From assembly GCF_009914755.1 (NCBI RefSeq), contig NC_060936.1: 64,000 nucleotides of DNA, one strand, 5' to 3'. Origin of the DNA: the human T2T-CHM13v2.0 reference genome, Homo sapiens. A model generated the notes under the pieces. That model did no database searches and had not been told where the DNA came from. It worked only from the letters and a program-made list of their open reading frames with translations. Positions 16,383 to 32,878 of this stretch are shown here, in pieces (within the stretch, counting starts at the first letter, position 1; the number at the start of each line of letters is the position of its first letter). The translations under genes and the position numbers were made by a program.

Positions 16383-16760
<378 letters not shown>

Positions 16761-17001
16761 TGAGATGCAGCTACAATAAAGACAATGAGTGACAAACCGT
16801 TCTTCAAAGAGAGTTTGATGTTTCACTAGTCTTTTCTGGCCTGGGAATATACTTCAAATGGCAATGGTTCTTAGAGGTCCCCAAAATCCTACCATTTTCA
16901 CAGATCAAAGTGAAATATTATTAAAAACAAAAATAGGCCAGGTGCGGTGGCTCACACCTGTAATCCCAGCACTTTGGGAGGCTGAGGTGGGTGGATCATC
17001 A

Positions 17002-17268
<267 letters not shown>

Positions 17269-17355
17269 CTAAATATTGGACCATGTTGCAGGTTTGCATG
17301 AACTCAGAAATGAGTGAAATCTTACTGCAGATTAGATTCAGACATTTTTTCTTAC

Positions 17356-17534
17356 CTGAATTCTTCTCTGTAGTTATTCCTAATATACTCAGCTAGAGTC
17401 CTGCTGTGCCGCAGACAGCTCTTGAGGATGTAAAATTGCTGGTACAACAGAACTGCTTGGCAGGGACTTAGCAGCTGAAATGAAGCTGAAAGACCCCTCA
17501 CCACTTGTTTCACAATACTGGCCACAAAAGTAAT
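17356..17534 (-). CDS. C12orf56: C12orf56 penultimate coding exon, ITFVASIVKQVVRGLSASFQLLSPCQAVLLYQQFYILKSCLRHSRTLAEYIRNNYREEF(R)
   Basis: Acceptor TTTTCCTTGTCTAG, donor GTAAG; 179 nt, phase 0 to 2; peptide recognised as the C12orf56 C-terminal region. Confidence 0.9.
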
Positions 17535-17636
17535 CTAGACAAGGAAAATACAGTTACATGTAGGCTGTGTGCCACCCACAAAAGCAACTATTTCAGCTGG
17601 AGCTTCAACTACAAATCTAGACTGAGGCCCTCACTA

Positions 17637-17765
<129 letters not shown>

Positions 17766-19083
17766 TCACGAGGTCAGGAGTTCGAGATCAGCCTGACCAA
17801 CATGGTGGAACCCCGTCTCTACTAAAAATACAAAAATCAGTCAGGCGTGGTGGTGCATGCCTGTAATCCCAGCTACTCAGGAGGCTGAGGCAGGAAAGTC
17901 GCTTAATTCGGGAGGCAGAGGTTGCAGTGAGCCGAGATCATGTCACTGCACTCCAGCCTGGGCAACAGAGCAAGATTCCATCTCAAAAAAAAGTATAAGA
18001 GGCCAGGTCGGGCACTGTGCCTCATCTGTAATCCCAGCACTTTGGGAGGCTGAGGCGGGTAGATCACTTGAGGCAGGGAGTTCTAGACAGCCTGGTTAAC
18101 ATGGCAAAACCCCGTCTCTACTAAAAATACAAAAATTTGCCAGGCATGGTGTCACATGTCTGTAATCCCAGCTACTTGGGAGGCTGAGGCACAAGAACTG
18201 CTTGAATGCAGAGGCAGAGGTTGCAGTGAGCCAAGATCGCACCACTGCACTCCAGCCTGGGCGAGTGCAAGTAGTTACTCTTCTGTGTAATTACAATCCA
18301 TAAACGTAGGCTTGTGTGAAAAGCAGAAAAGAACACTAGTGCCTTTTCAAACTCTAACCAACAGGTCACACTACACACCCATTGAATTAGTATCAGTAAA
18401 AATGTGTTGCCTTTTCTATTGTAATATGTTGCAACTGGCCCTTCCCTACAGGTAGGGCAAGTAGGTGGAAGTGGATTTTTCCCATTCCAGACCATTTACA
18501 TGTGTTGACAAAACATTATATATATATTGATTAAACATATATTGCCTGGCAAACACAGCTTGAGCTGAGAGAGTCTGAGGCAGTAGAACAGAACAATGTT
18601 AATTAGCCTATTTAGAAATTAAGTTTTTAACTTTTCTAGCACCTTTCTCTAACCAAGTAAGATAATGAGAGCTGACTGACATGCAGGTGCATAGCAATGA
18701 TCCCAGTTTCTTTGCTTGCAAATGTCTCTTGAATGATTTGTTTCTGCCCATACTGTTTATAACTGGGTTAATATTGAAGCTTTCTTTTGCCAACCCTTCA
18801 TCCTTACATGCTTCATGGTCACAGACTAGCCTCATACTCAACCCAATTCCTTTGGTGAACCAACTTTAGAGGCTGGTAAAGAAACTTCCTTTTAGCCAGA
18901 GTACAGTGGCACATGCCTGTATTCCCAGCTACTTAGGAGGCTGAGGCAGGAGGACTGCTTGAGCCCAGGAGTTTGAGACCAGCCTGGGAAACATAGCAAG
19001 ACCCCATCTCATTTTTAAAAATTTTTTAAAATAAATAAATGCGGCCAGGCACGGTGGCTCACAGCTGTAATCCCAGCACTTTA

Positions 19084-19557
<474 letters not shown>

Positions 19558-19894
19558 CTATAACTTTCAAACATTCTGTGAAATGGTCTGAGATTGGTTG
19601 GGGCCTGTGTGCTACTGAGGAAGACAAGTTCATGGGCTCAACTTCTGTAGAAGGCAGCTGGCTGTTCTACTGACAAATGTACCCTCTGGCCCCAGCCAGC
19701 TTTGTGTAAACATATGTCATAGGGATCTGACAAGAGAGTCTAGATCCCATAGAACAGACCCAACATCACTCTAGAGAAACAGCAGGGGACCACTGATGGT
19801 CCAACAGATGCGTGTCCATATATGGAAAGAGAACAGGCCGGGCACAGTGGCTCATGCCTGTAATAGCAATTTGGGAGGCCAAGGTGGATGATCA

Positions 19895-20146
<252 letters not shown>

Positions 20147-20383
20147 TTACCTCGTGTCCATCAGCAATGGAAATTTAGTTTAGATTACTCTTTTGAAGAG
20201 ATTTCCAATTAAGTGTTTGTTGACTGAATGCATAAGTTTGAGGAGGTGGGAAGAGATTAAGGGATAAAGCCTCTACTACAATTAATTCAGCAGATATTTT
20301 ACTGAACATTTATGGTGTGCCTAGCACAACAGACATAGCTTCTACCCTCACGGCACTGGCAGTCTGTTGGAAGAGAAAGACAT

Positions 20384-20770
20384 TGTATCAGTCGTGATGG
20401 ACTAGATTATGCTGTGGTAACAAACCTCCCAAAATACCAGTGCTTTGCTTGAAACAGCAAAGGTTGATTACTCATTCACACTGCATGTCCCAGAGGGGTC
20501 TGCAGGGCTCTGCTCACTGTGGTTACTCTTGGCCATCTGCAGGCAGGGCAGCCACCTTGTGGGTGCTATGCCGAAGGAAAAGAGAATGCCAGGTGGCACA
20601 TACTGGCTCTTAAAGCTTCTGCCCAGAAGTGACATAGGCCACTTCTGATCACATTTCATTAGCCAAAGCAGCCACAGAGACCGCCTCCACCCCACAATTT
20701 CACATGGAGAGGGAAGTGCAGTCCCACCATGTGCCCAGAAGGAGGCAGAGACAGAATATGAGTGGGCACT
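20384..20770 (-). mobile_element. Old MLT1 LTR nested in an L2 (L2 at about 20280-20383 and 20780-21380)
   Basis: TGTATCAGTC..TATGCTGTGGTAACAAAC..GAAGTGACA MLT1 motifs flanked by colinear L2 sequence. Confidence 0.6.
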
Positions 20771-21720
20771 AATGGCTGTGACACGGCAGAAGCAAATAAT
20801 AACACAAACAAATGCAAACTGCAACAGTGACGAGGCCTATAAAGCAGAGGAAGAGGACACCATGCCATGCACTGTTTGTGCCTCTAATAAGGGAATCTCC
20901 CCTGTCACGGGGGGCAGAGAAGCGTCCTCCACTGCCACACCCCAGGAAGGGGCCCTGAGGCCTGAGGGATGAGTAGAAGTTGACCAGGTGAAAAAGGGAG
21001 GGAAAGCATTTCCAATGGAGAGACAGATGCAATGGTACAGGTCCTGTGATGCAGCTGCAGGGAGGGGGGTGGTGGTGGGGAGAGGGATGGTGAGCAAGAG
21101 ACCCACACAGCAGGGAGGCTGAGGGACCAGAGGAAGCTGTCGGCCATAGCACGCAGGGCCCTGTAGGCCATGTTAAGGAGTTTAGTCTTCATTCAGAAGG
21201 AAGAGTTATTGAGAGATTTGAAGCAAGGGATGACAATCAGATTTTTATTTCAAATGGATCCCTCAGCCTGTAATCTGGTGGGAAGACAGGGACAGACCAT
21301 TGAGATGTGATTGTAGCATCAAGGAAAGAAATGGTGATAATAGGAACTAGGATGGTGTCTGTGGGACAGAGCACACAAATGATCCCAAGTGTTAGATTCA
21401 TGCTCACTATTTAAGGTAAATGTTTATCTTTTTACCTAATTATACAGCTAATAATTTAATATTCTGTTTTCTACATGTATCTTAGAGTTTTTCATGAAAT
21501 AACGTTCCCATTTAAGATATAATTTCAGTACCTTAAACATTCAGGTCCAAAATGTAAAAACGATTTATCAATTAAATAATAAACTGTCAAATTTACACTT
21601 TGCTTCTGGTTGATAAACTTGATTACATCACAGGGAAAATCTGTGTTTTATTAATTAAGCACAAGAGTATCTGTTTAATTAGGCTTGGGGGTGATTTCTT
21701 TTTGACTTCTAGATACTTAC

Positions 21721-21795
21721 GATGGGAGGACAGCTTTGTAGAAAGGACATTATCCAGCTAATAGCAAACTTTGTGGATCCCAATCCGAGATTTCC
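21721..21795 (-). CDS. C12orf56: C12orf56 coding exon, GNLGLGSTKFAISWIMSFLQSCPPI
   Basis: Acceptor CTTTTAG, donor GTAAGT; 75 nt, phase 0 to 0. Confidence 0.86.
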
Positions 21796-22117
21796 CTAAA
21801 AGACTCAAGGAAATAAACAAGTTATATTCATAAAGTTCAAGTAGTATATAAAAGGATACTCATTCTTAAATACATTTTTATCCTGATTAATCGAATCCTT
21901 AAAATCAGTTTTGGAAAATAAACTAGATGAGCACTTAAGAGCAAAGTTCATATCATTGAAATCAACCAGTTTTGGAGACCATCTCAAGTACAAGCATTTT
22001 TGATATATTATTAATCATATAACATAATCACATAATATACATATATCATAATATATAATAGTCATGTAATTTATAGTTACATAAAATATGTAAAAATATA
22101 ATTTTTAAAAATTGTAC

Positions 22118-22192
22118 CTGCTGAAAGACCAGAAGTATCTCATATAAAAGTGCTGTAGCAGTATTTGTATACTCCAGAATAAGCTTCTGTAA
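22118..22192 (-). CDS. C12orf56: C12orf56 coding exon, LQKLILEYTNTATALLYEILLVFQQ
   Basis: Acceptor ATTCTAG, donor GTACAA; 75 nt, phase 0 to 0; open and in frame with both neighbours. Confidence 0.83.
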
Positions 22193-24445
22193 CTAGAATT
22201 TTCAAGAATAATCAATGCAATGTCATAAGCCAAGTCAGAAAACGATAATTTCCCATGGTTCCCTTTAGGTACTTATACAATAAACTTTCTCTTTTTTTTG
22301 AGACAAGGTCTCATGCTGCCACCCAGGTGGGAGTACAGTGCTGTGGTCATGGGTCTGTGCAGCCTCAAACTCCTGGGCACAAGCCATTCCTCTCACCTCT
22401 GCTTTCTGTGTAGCTGGGACTACAGGTGCAAGCTACCATGCTGGCTAATCTTATTTTTTTAATTTTTTGTAGAGATGAGGTCTCACTATATTGCCCAGGC
22501 TGGTCTCAAATTCCTGAGCCCAACCAATCCTTTCACCTCAGTCTCCCCAGTAGCTAGGACTACAGGTATGTGCCACCATGCCCAGGTAATTTTTGATTTT
22601 TTATTTTTGTAGAGACAGGGTCTCGCTTGTTGCCCAGGCTGGTATGGAACTCTTGGCCTCAAGTGATTCTCCCACCTCTGCCTCCTGAGTAGCTGGGATT
22701 CAGATGCAAGCCATTATCCCTGGCTGGCCCACAGAATACTAAGACAAAAAATTGCATATTTGATTTGCAAAATCAATCAGATCAACAACCCTACTTCCTT
22801 TCAAGAATGTAGAAATACACACCCTCCCCGCGAGTTGAGGTGAGAGATTCTCTGGGGAATTTAGGCTTATTCCCAAATTAAACTAAGATTCCTTCTGTGG
22901 GATGGATAAATAGAGGGTTTAGAGATACTTCATTCCTCTCAAGAATTCCAAACTCCTCTTTACAATTACTATCCCTTTTCTTCATTTATTTACTCAACAA
23001 ATATGCATCAGACACCATGCTAGGTGTTGGGGACGCAAGGGAGAACAACACAGACATGAGACCTGCCCTCATGGAACATACAATCTAGTTGGGGAACAAA
23101 CATCAAGTGATCAAATACACAAATGCCTAATTATAAACTGAGACAAGGGCTATGAAAGAAATGTACAGGAAGTTAAGGGAGCTCTATAAAGGAGGACTAG
23201 TCTCATTTGGTGGTCAAGGAATGCTTCCCTCTGGCCAATATCTTTCCTTACCTAGATTATGGCACTAGCTTCTTAATAGCCCTGCCTATCTGAGTCTTGG
23301 TTCCACCCCACTCTTTAATAGCTAATCCACCATTGAAAGTGGTATTGGAGACTCTCTATATACAGTCTGTAATTATATATTCATGGATATATTTGAATAA
23401 TGTCTGTCTCTCCCAGCAGAGTAGAAACTAATGAAGGCAGGGGTCGTGTCTGTTTTGCTTACTGTTTTGACCCTACTGCCTAGCACACTGTTTGCTCATA
23501 ATAGATGCTCAATAAATATTTACTGACTGTGGCCAGGTGTGGTGGCTCATGCCTGTAATCTTAGCATTTTGGGAGGCCGAGACAGGCAAATCGCTTGAGC
23601 TCAGGGATTTGAAACCAACCTGGGTAACATGGCAAAACCGCATCTCTACAAAAAATACAAAAATTAGCCAGGTGTGGTGGCTCATGCCTGTAGTCCTAGC
23701 TACTCAGGAGTCTGAAGTGAGAGCATTACTTGAGCCTGGGAGGTCAAGTCTGCAGTGAGCCGAGATTGTGCCACTGCACTCCAGCCTGGGCAACCGAGTG
23801 AAACCCTTTCTTAAAAAAAAAAAAAAAAATTACTGAGTGAATGACTGAATGAGTTTTCTAAAACATAATTCTGACCATATATTTAAGAACTATCAAATCA
23901 TGTTTCATCCTTTAAAAAAAAGTCTGTTAACCTGGCTCAAAATAAACTAATAATAAGTTGGTTTATTCTCTCAGAAGGTATGCCTTCTAGGCAGTTTGAT
24001 ATTTCTAATGTCTTGGTACAACCTTAGAAAAACAAGTAACTCTTGCTGAGAATTTATACTGTTCATATAGGTAGGAAAATGGTAAAGTATAAGAGTTAAC
24101 CCTAAAATCTCTAAGACAGTGATTTTTCACCCATTAGACCCCTGCTATGGAATTACATATACATCATGTTTTGTACACAGACAGACATAAACAGATTTAT
24201 CAAATTTATAAAGAATGCTAATTACTTTCTTTAATATACATACCTTAAGACATATAAAAGGGATATATTAATATTGACTGAATAGTTATTTTTTCCTTTT
24301 TCTTGACCCTCTAAATCTCTAAATCTACTTTAGACTGACTAGTTATCTAAGTTTTGAGGTTAATGACAAAAGATCTACTCTTTGGTTTAATTATGTTTCT
24401 CTATTCTACGGTGTCATGGTCCACATTAAAAGAAGCCAGGGCCCC

Positions 24446-24467
24446 TATATATATATATATATATATA
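24446..24467. repeat. (TA)11 microsatellite about 30 nt into the intron after a donor site
   Basis: Read directly from the sequence. Confidence 0.9.
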
Positions 24468-24496
24468 ATAGTTTACCCCCCAAATTCTCATCTCAC

Positions 24497-24620
24497 CTCA
24501 GCGTCAAAAGACATTCTGACTAAAGCTGAATCAGCCACCAACTGGATATCAAACACAGGACAAGATTTTGGAATCTGAGGCTCACTAATTAAAATTACCA
24601 AGAGATTAAATAGTGCTCCC
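24497..24620 (-). CDS. C12orf56: C12orf56 coding exon, GALFNLLVILISEPQIPKSCPVFDIQLVADSALVRMSFDAE
   Basis: Acceptor TTTTTTCCAG, donor GTGAGA; 124 nt, phase 2 to 0; lies within track ORF 24488..24685. Confidence 0.88.
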
Positions 24621-25269
24621 CTGGAAAAAAATAAATAAAAGGCAATTAGTGAGCAAAGTGTTGAGAGGAAAAATGGTGAAGCCAAGTTTCAAACACTGGA
24701 TATAATTATGTTTAAAAGAATGAAGCATTGCAGACCATCCTTGACTGAAGTTTTGGATCCTTGGACACGCAAATGAATAACTAGAGATAAAAAATTTAAA
24801 TGAAAATATAACTTCTTGGTCTTCTGGCTCAGAGCGAGTGTAGTTCTAGAAGTCCACATAGCTTAGAAAGACTAGAAAATCTGGATTTAAGGGAGATTTG
24901 GGTAATTTCAATTATAGCATTATTTTCCAAAGGACTTTTTATGGATTGCTAATTCCAGACAATATTATAGTTAAAATAGATTCTGTGGTCAAAGGAGATA
25001 GGGGAAATACTTGGTTAAACCAAGTTCATCAGATGTGTTTACTACAGGACTTCTCAGAGGCTTTATATGCTAATATGCACAGTGTATCTCTGGGACAAAG
25101 CAACAGTATGCAGCTCTTCTTTTTTCTTTTTTTAGGTTTGTTTGCTTGGGTTATTTTTGGCACAGGATCTCATGATGTTGCCCGGGCTGGTCTTGAACTA
25201 CTGGACTCAAGTGATCCCCTGCCTCAGCCAAGTAGCTGAGATTACAGGCTTGAGCGACCACTTTCAGTT

Positions 25270-25880
25270 TTTACTTTTTTTAATTGATAATAAAAATTGT
25301 ATATATTTATGGTATACAACATGATGTTTTGAAATATGTATATACTGTAGAATGTGTACATATTTTATAAATCAAGCGAATTGACGTATGCATCACCTCA
25401 CATGCTTATTTTTATATAGTGAGAACACAAAATCTATTGTCAGCAATTTTCAAGTATACAGGACATTGCTATTAACTATGGTCACCATATTTGTATGATT
25501 GATCTCTGGAACTTCTTCCTCCTGTCTAACTGAAGTTTTGTACCCTTTGACCAACATCTCCCAATTCCACCCCGCCCCTAAGCCTCTGACAACCACCATT
25601 CTACACTCTCTGTTTTTATGAGTTTGGCTTTTTTAGATTCCATATATAAGTGAGATCATGCATGAACTCAAAAGTCAAACTCGTATTTGTCTTTCTGTGC
25701 CTGGCTTATTTCACTTAGCCTAATATCCTCCAGTTTCATCCATGTTGTCACAAATAACAAGACTTCATTTTTATGGCTGAATAATATTCCATTGTGTATA
25801 TGTACCACATTTTCTTTATCCATTCACCCATTGCTGGACAGTAAGTTTGCTTCCTTTTCTTGGTTTCTGTTAATAATGTA
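25270..25880 (-). mobile_element. L1MA 3' fragment
   Basis: TTGTATATATTTATGGTATACAACATGATG..CTGGCTTATTTCACTTAGC. Confidence 0.7.
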
Positions 25881-27266
25881 CAGCATTTCTTTTTTTTAAA
25901 TATAAAAATTTTTAAACATAAAGATGGGGTCTTGCTTTGTTGCCCAGGCTGGACTTGAACCCCTGGCCTAAAGCAATCTGCCCACCTCAGCCTCTCAAAG
26001 TGCTTGGATGACAGGCATGAGCCTCCACACCCAACTCCACCATTTTGTAAAATGCTTATTTGATCCCAAAAAACCTCAGTTATTTTACTTTCCAATGTGG
26101 GGTACCGTCCATTGATAACTCACTTAAATGTTACATGTGCATCCTGATGAGCTGGGTTAATAACGCTATCTCCTCCTATTGGGTAGTATAACCCCTGTAT
26201 GGTTGAAAAGCAGCTGAAGGCAGACTGCTAAAAACTCAGTTGCCTAATTGAAGACAATGTCAGAGTAGATTTGAGGGGTAGGAGTAGTAAAATAATTCAA
26301 AGATAGTACTATACAAAAGTTCTCCATAACCATAAGCATTCCTTTCATAATGGAAAAAAGGAGGGTGAGTATAAATACCCTTGTTTAGTAGGATCTGAGG
26401 CTTTCTAATCTTCTTAGAATCATTTAAATCATCACCATGATTAGAAGCTCATGATTAACCTACACTCTAGTAAAAATACAATGCTCTTCCTTTCTCCAAG
26501 TCAAAAAGCAAGTCTAGTTCTTATATTTGGAAAGAAGAATCATGTCAGTTAGTACATTTCTCACAAAAGCAGGATATACCCTACAGGGTATTTAATAATG
26601 TTTTATTCAGGCTATTTAAAATGGCCAATCTTACTTTGAGAAGACCCTTTTAAAATCAACAGAACACTCCCTTTAGAAGTGTTTCTTGATATTGTTTGAA
26701 CTGGCATTCCATTCACTGTTATATTTAATTATAGTCCTTTATTTTCAGTAACAGCTTATTTTCAAAGTATCATACATCCAAAGCAAAGAAAAAGAACTCT
26801 CAAATTATGGGTCACTTGCTATGATAACATATGAATTCAACCCTAACAATACTAGGATATGAAAAAATATGGCACATTTCAAGAAAGTTACAGCAAAGTA
26901 TGTTGAACTAATGAAATCTCCACTCATGAAAACAATAAAGAGGAAAATGCTGAAATGATTAACCGCTTTTTTATTTACCCAAATGGAATTTAATTTGAAA
27001 TCCACCCCTTCTGCCAATTCAATTTAAAATCCACTAGGACAATAATAGATAGAAGAAATTTTAATCAAAATGGTAGTTTCATCCTGAAAATAGAGATAAC
27101 TTAGAGGATTGACATCACAGCCTTAAAAACAGTCCCAACAGTTTAATACTTTATTGTTTAGGTTGTTATTATTTCTAATGTATGAATTTTGAATGTACTA
27201 CAATATCTTTAAAAATACAGACTTTGAAGGCCACATCGATAGTCTCCTAAGTCAGTCCATGTTATT

Positions 27267-27802
27267 GTGGTGGGCAGAAATCTAACGTGGCTTCCAAAAT
27301 TCCCAGCCTGCTGGTACAAACCCTATCAAATTCCTTCCCCTTAAGTATGGGCAATAGCTCTGAATATGTTTGTCTGTCACTCTTGTGATTATGTTACATG
27401 AAATGGGAAAGATGAAGGGATTCTGAGAATATAATAAAGGCCCTAATTGGCTGACTGTTGAGTTAATCAAAAGAAGATTATCCAGAGTAGGCTTGCTCTA
27501 ATCAGGTGAGCCCCGAAAAAGAGATACTCTCCTGCAAAGAAACAAGCCACCTGAGTCCCACAGCTGTAAGGAAATTTAGTCTGCCAGCAATCACCCAAAT
27601 GAGCTAGGAAGAGTCCCAAGCCTCAGATGAGACTATGGCCTGGCCAACACCTCAACTGAAACCTCGTGAGACCCTGGGCAAAGGATCCAGTTAAGCTGTG
27701 CCCAGATTTCTGATCCACTGACACTGTGAGATAAGAAATACATGTTGTTTTAAGCCACTAAGTTTGTGATAATTTGTTATATGGCAATAGAAAACTAATA
27801 CA
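27267..27802 (+). mobile_element. MLT1E/F-like MaLR LTR
   Basis: TGTGGTGGGCAGAAATCTAA... ending GCAATAGAAAACTAATACA. Confidence 0.75.
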
Positions 27803-28138
27803 ATTTTGGCTGGGCACGGTGGCTCATACTTGTAATCCCAGCACTTTGGGAGGCCGACGGGGGGTGGATCACCTGAGGACAGGAGTTCAAGACCAGCCTG
27901 ACTAACATGGTGAAACCCCGTCTCTACTAAAAATACAAAATTAGCAGGGTGTGGTGGTGCATGCCTGTAATCCCAGCTATTCAGGAGGCTGAGGCACAAG
28001 AATTGCTTGAACCCAGGGGGCGGAGATTACAGTCAGCCAAGATCGCACCATTGCACTCCAGCCCTGGCGACAGAGCAAAACTCTGTCTCAAAAAAAGAAA
28101 AAAGAGCCCGGGTGCGGTGGCTCATGCCTATAATCCTA

Positions 28139-28435
<297 letters not shown>

Positions 28436-29067
28436 TTACTGGGCTACGTAATACTATGGGGCACATGATTTGACCCTAGGGATATAAAAACTGGCTGAGA
28501 AAAGTTAATATTACAACCAGACTCTACTATAGCAATGTAATATATGTATTGAAGGACATGAAAAGAATTGGTAATATCAGGAAAGAGGCTTGATATAGGA
28601 CGGCTGATGTGATCAAACCAAGTTAAAACAAAACAATTAAAGGCAACGCTTTTAAAGAAAAAGAACAAAGAAAACCCCATAAAAACAATACTTTACAACA
28701 GAGGTGACTAAGGATGATTTTTTTCAACTTGGAAACAGAAAGGTAGAGACCAAAAGGTGGAGAAAAAGGATAACCAGATTTAGTGATAATTTTAATGTGG
28801 GAGAAGACAGAAATATCAAAAATAATGTTGAATCTCCATCTTGGAGATTAGGGAAACGGCAGTACTACCAATCGCATAAAGAAGTATTCAAGCTGGGCGC
28901 AGTGGTTCATGCCAGTAATCTCAGCACTTTGGGAGGCCAAGGCGGGAAGATCACTTAAGTCCAGGAGTTTGAGACCAGCCCCGACAACAAAGTGAGACCT
29001 TGTCTCTACAAAAAAATAAAAAAATAAGAACTAGCTTGGCATGGTGTATTTTCTTGTTTGCTGTAAA

Positions 29068-29293
29068 GCAGAGCTCAGCAAACTATGGCCTGCAGGCCAA
29101 ATCCAGCCTACAGCCTGTTTCTGTGAATAAAGTTTATCAGAACACAACTGTGTCCATTCGTTCATGTACTGCTTATGGCTGCTTTTGGGCTACAATGGCA
29201 GAACTGAGTAGACGCAGCACAGATTGTATGACGTGATAAGCCAAAACTATTTTCTATATGACCTTTTACAGAAATGTTTGCCCACTCCTGCTA
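29068..29293 (+). mobile_element. MER58A-like hAT MITE
   Basis: CAGCAAACTATGGCCTGCAGGCCAAATCCAGCC ... TTTGCCCACTCCTG. Confidence 0.7.
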
Positions 29294-29675
29294 CACAACA
29301 TAATATGCCGGCTTGGCACAGTGGCTCATGCCTGTAATCCTAGCACTTTGGGGGTAAGAGGGGGGCAGATCACTTGAGCCCAGGAGTTTGAGACCAGCCT
29401 GGACAACATGGCAAAACCCCATCTCTATGAAAAATACAAAAAAATTAGCAGGGCATGATGGCATGTACCTGTGGTCCCAGCTACTGGGGAGGTGAGGATC
29501 ACCTGAGCCCCAGGGAGGTCGAGGCTGCAGTGAGCTAAGATCGTGTCACTGCACTCCAGCCTGGATGAGAGTGAAACCCTATCTAAAAAAAAAAAAAGAA
29601 AAGAAAAAAAGCATAGTATGCCCATAGTCCCTGGCACATAGCAAGTGAGCAAGTGTACTTAAGAAATATTAATTA

Positions 29676-30001
<326 letters not shown>

Positions 30002-30013
30002 TTAATGAAATTA

Positions 30014-30160
<147 letters not shown>

Positions 30161-30269
30161 TCAAAAAAATAAAATAAAATAAAAAATCAAGCAGACAGTA
30201 TGCAAAACTGCAAATCAAAATCAAAAGACAAAGAATGCTACTGTCCCCCCCTATACATTCTTCCATTCT

Positions 30270-31104
<835 letters not shown>

Positions 31105-31482
31105 TGAGGCTACTATAACACCTGATTTTGCAGTTTTTCTGTTGTGTGGATATAAGGACACTATGGGAAATTCTGGCGGAGATCCCCCGGCTTTTAATGT
31201 ATGATGGGTCATTTGGTCTTTTTCAAGTTCACCAGACTAGGACAAAAAAAAATTATGCTGAGAAAATCTTTGTACCCTTAATAATCCAGAGAGACAGAGA
31301 GAACTCGGCCTGTGCCAATTAACCTGTTCATCATGGAAGGAAGGAGAAAAACAAAAGAGTGAAATATACTTGGAAGGGTGTTGAACAGGGAAGTTGGAGA
31401 ATTATGTGCTTTGGAAGACACTTAATAAGAATAGTTAATGGGTTGCAACTACAAAGTCCCAATGTCTTCTAAAAGACCTTAC

Positions 31483-31572
31483 TTCTTAGCTGCCAATGTG
31501 TTCAGGCGTGATGACTCGGTTTCTGTTTCTCTGAACATCAATACTAGGGTCTGTATAATTTCAATGCATGCC
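31483..31572 (-). CDS. C12orf56: C12orf56 coding exon, ACIEIIQTLVLMFRETETESSRLNTLAAK(K)
   Basis: Acceptor TTTTCTAG, donor GTAAGG; 90 nt, phase 2 to 2. Confidence 0.88.
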
Positions 31573-32386
31573 CTAGAAAATAAACGATAAAAGGCAAAGA
31601 AATGGCATGATTTCATTAGAAGCTCAGAATTCCACAAAAGTAGTAATTTTTGCTAAAACTGCTTCCAGATATCCATACAGAAAAAAGTACAGGAAATAAA
31701 TTTTGTACATCAAATTGCTAACATTGGTTAAGTGCCTACTCTGACTGCTACACAGTAAACACTCAAAAACATTTGCTGGTCGGGCGGGGTAGCTAACATA
31801 TCACTCATGCTGTAATCCCAGCACTTTGGGAGGCCCAGGTGGGCGAATGGCCTGAGCCCAGGAGTTTGAGACCAGCCTGGGCAGCATGGCAAAACCCCAT
31901 CTTTACAAAAGTTAGCTGAGTGTGGAGCTCAGGAGGTCAAGACTGCAGTGAGCCATGATCACACCAATGCACTCCCTCTGAGGGACAGAGTGAGAACTTT
32001 TCTAAAAAAAAAAAAAGAAAAAAATTGTTGAATGAATGAATAGCTGGATGTCAGTACTAAATCATTTTATATGTATCTCTTTTCCAAAGTTTTTAGGATA
32101 ATCAGACACTGCTTTAAAATTATTGTTTAAATTTTTAATATTTTCAGAGAGGTACTATTTGGCTCAAAATGTCAATGGTAAAAAAGAGAATACAGTGAAA
32201 GCTGTCTCTCCTCCAGATACCCATTTTTCCCACTTTGAGACAACAAATATTACTAGTTTCTTGTGCATCCTTCCATTAAAATTAGAACAAAATGAGTTCT
32301 ATTTCTTAAAATCCACAGGAAGAGACCAGGCATGGTGGCTCATGTCTGTAATCCCAGCACTTTGGAAGGCTGAGATGGATGGATCA

Positions 32387-32671
<285 letters not shown>

Positions 32672-32771
32672 TTAATCATTAACCCAGCATATATTTTGTC
32701 CAGTGTCTTCCATTTATCTTTAACACCCTAGCAAAAAAAAAAAAATCGATGATTATCTAGTTAGTACTTAC

Positions 32772-32878
32772 ACCAGCTCATCAACCCTTTGGCTTTGATT
32801 TTGTAGTGCATTCTTATCCCTAGACTCCGGCAAGTACTCATGAAGTTTGTTTACTATGAAATAGAAAAGGTCACTGGT
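32772..32878 (-). CDS. C12orf56: C12orf56 coding exon, TSDLFYFIVNKLHEYLPESRDKNALQNQSQRVDEL(V)
   Basis: Acceptor TTTCACAG, donor GTAAGT; 107 nt, phase 0 to 2. Confidence 0.88.
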
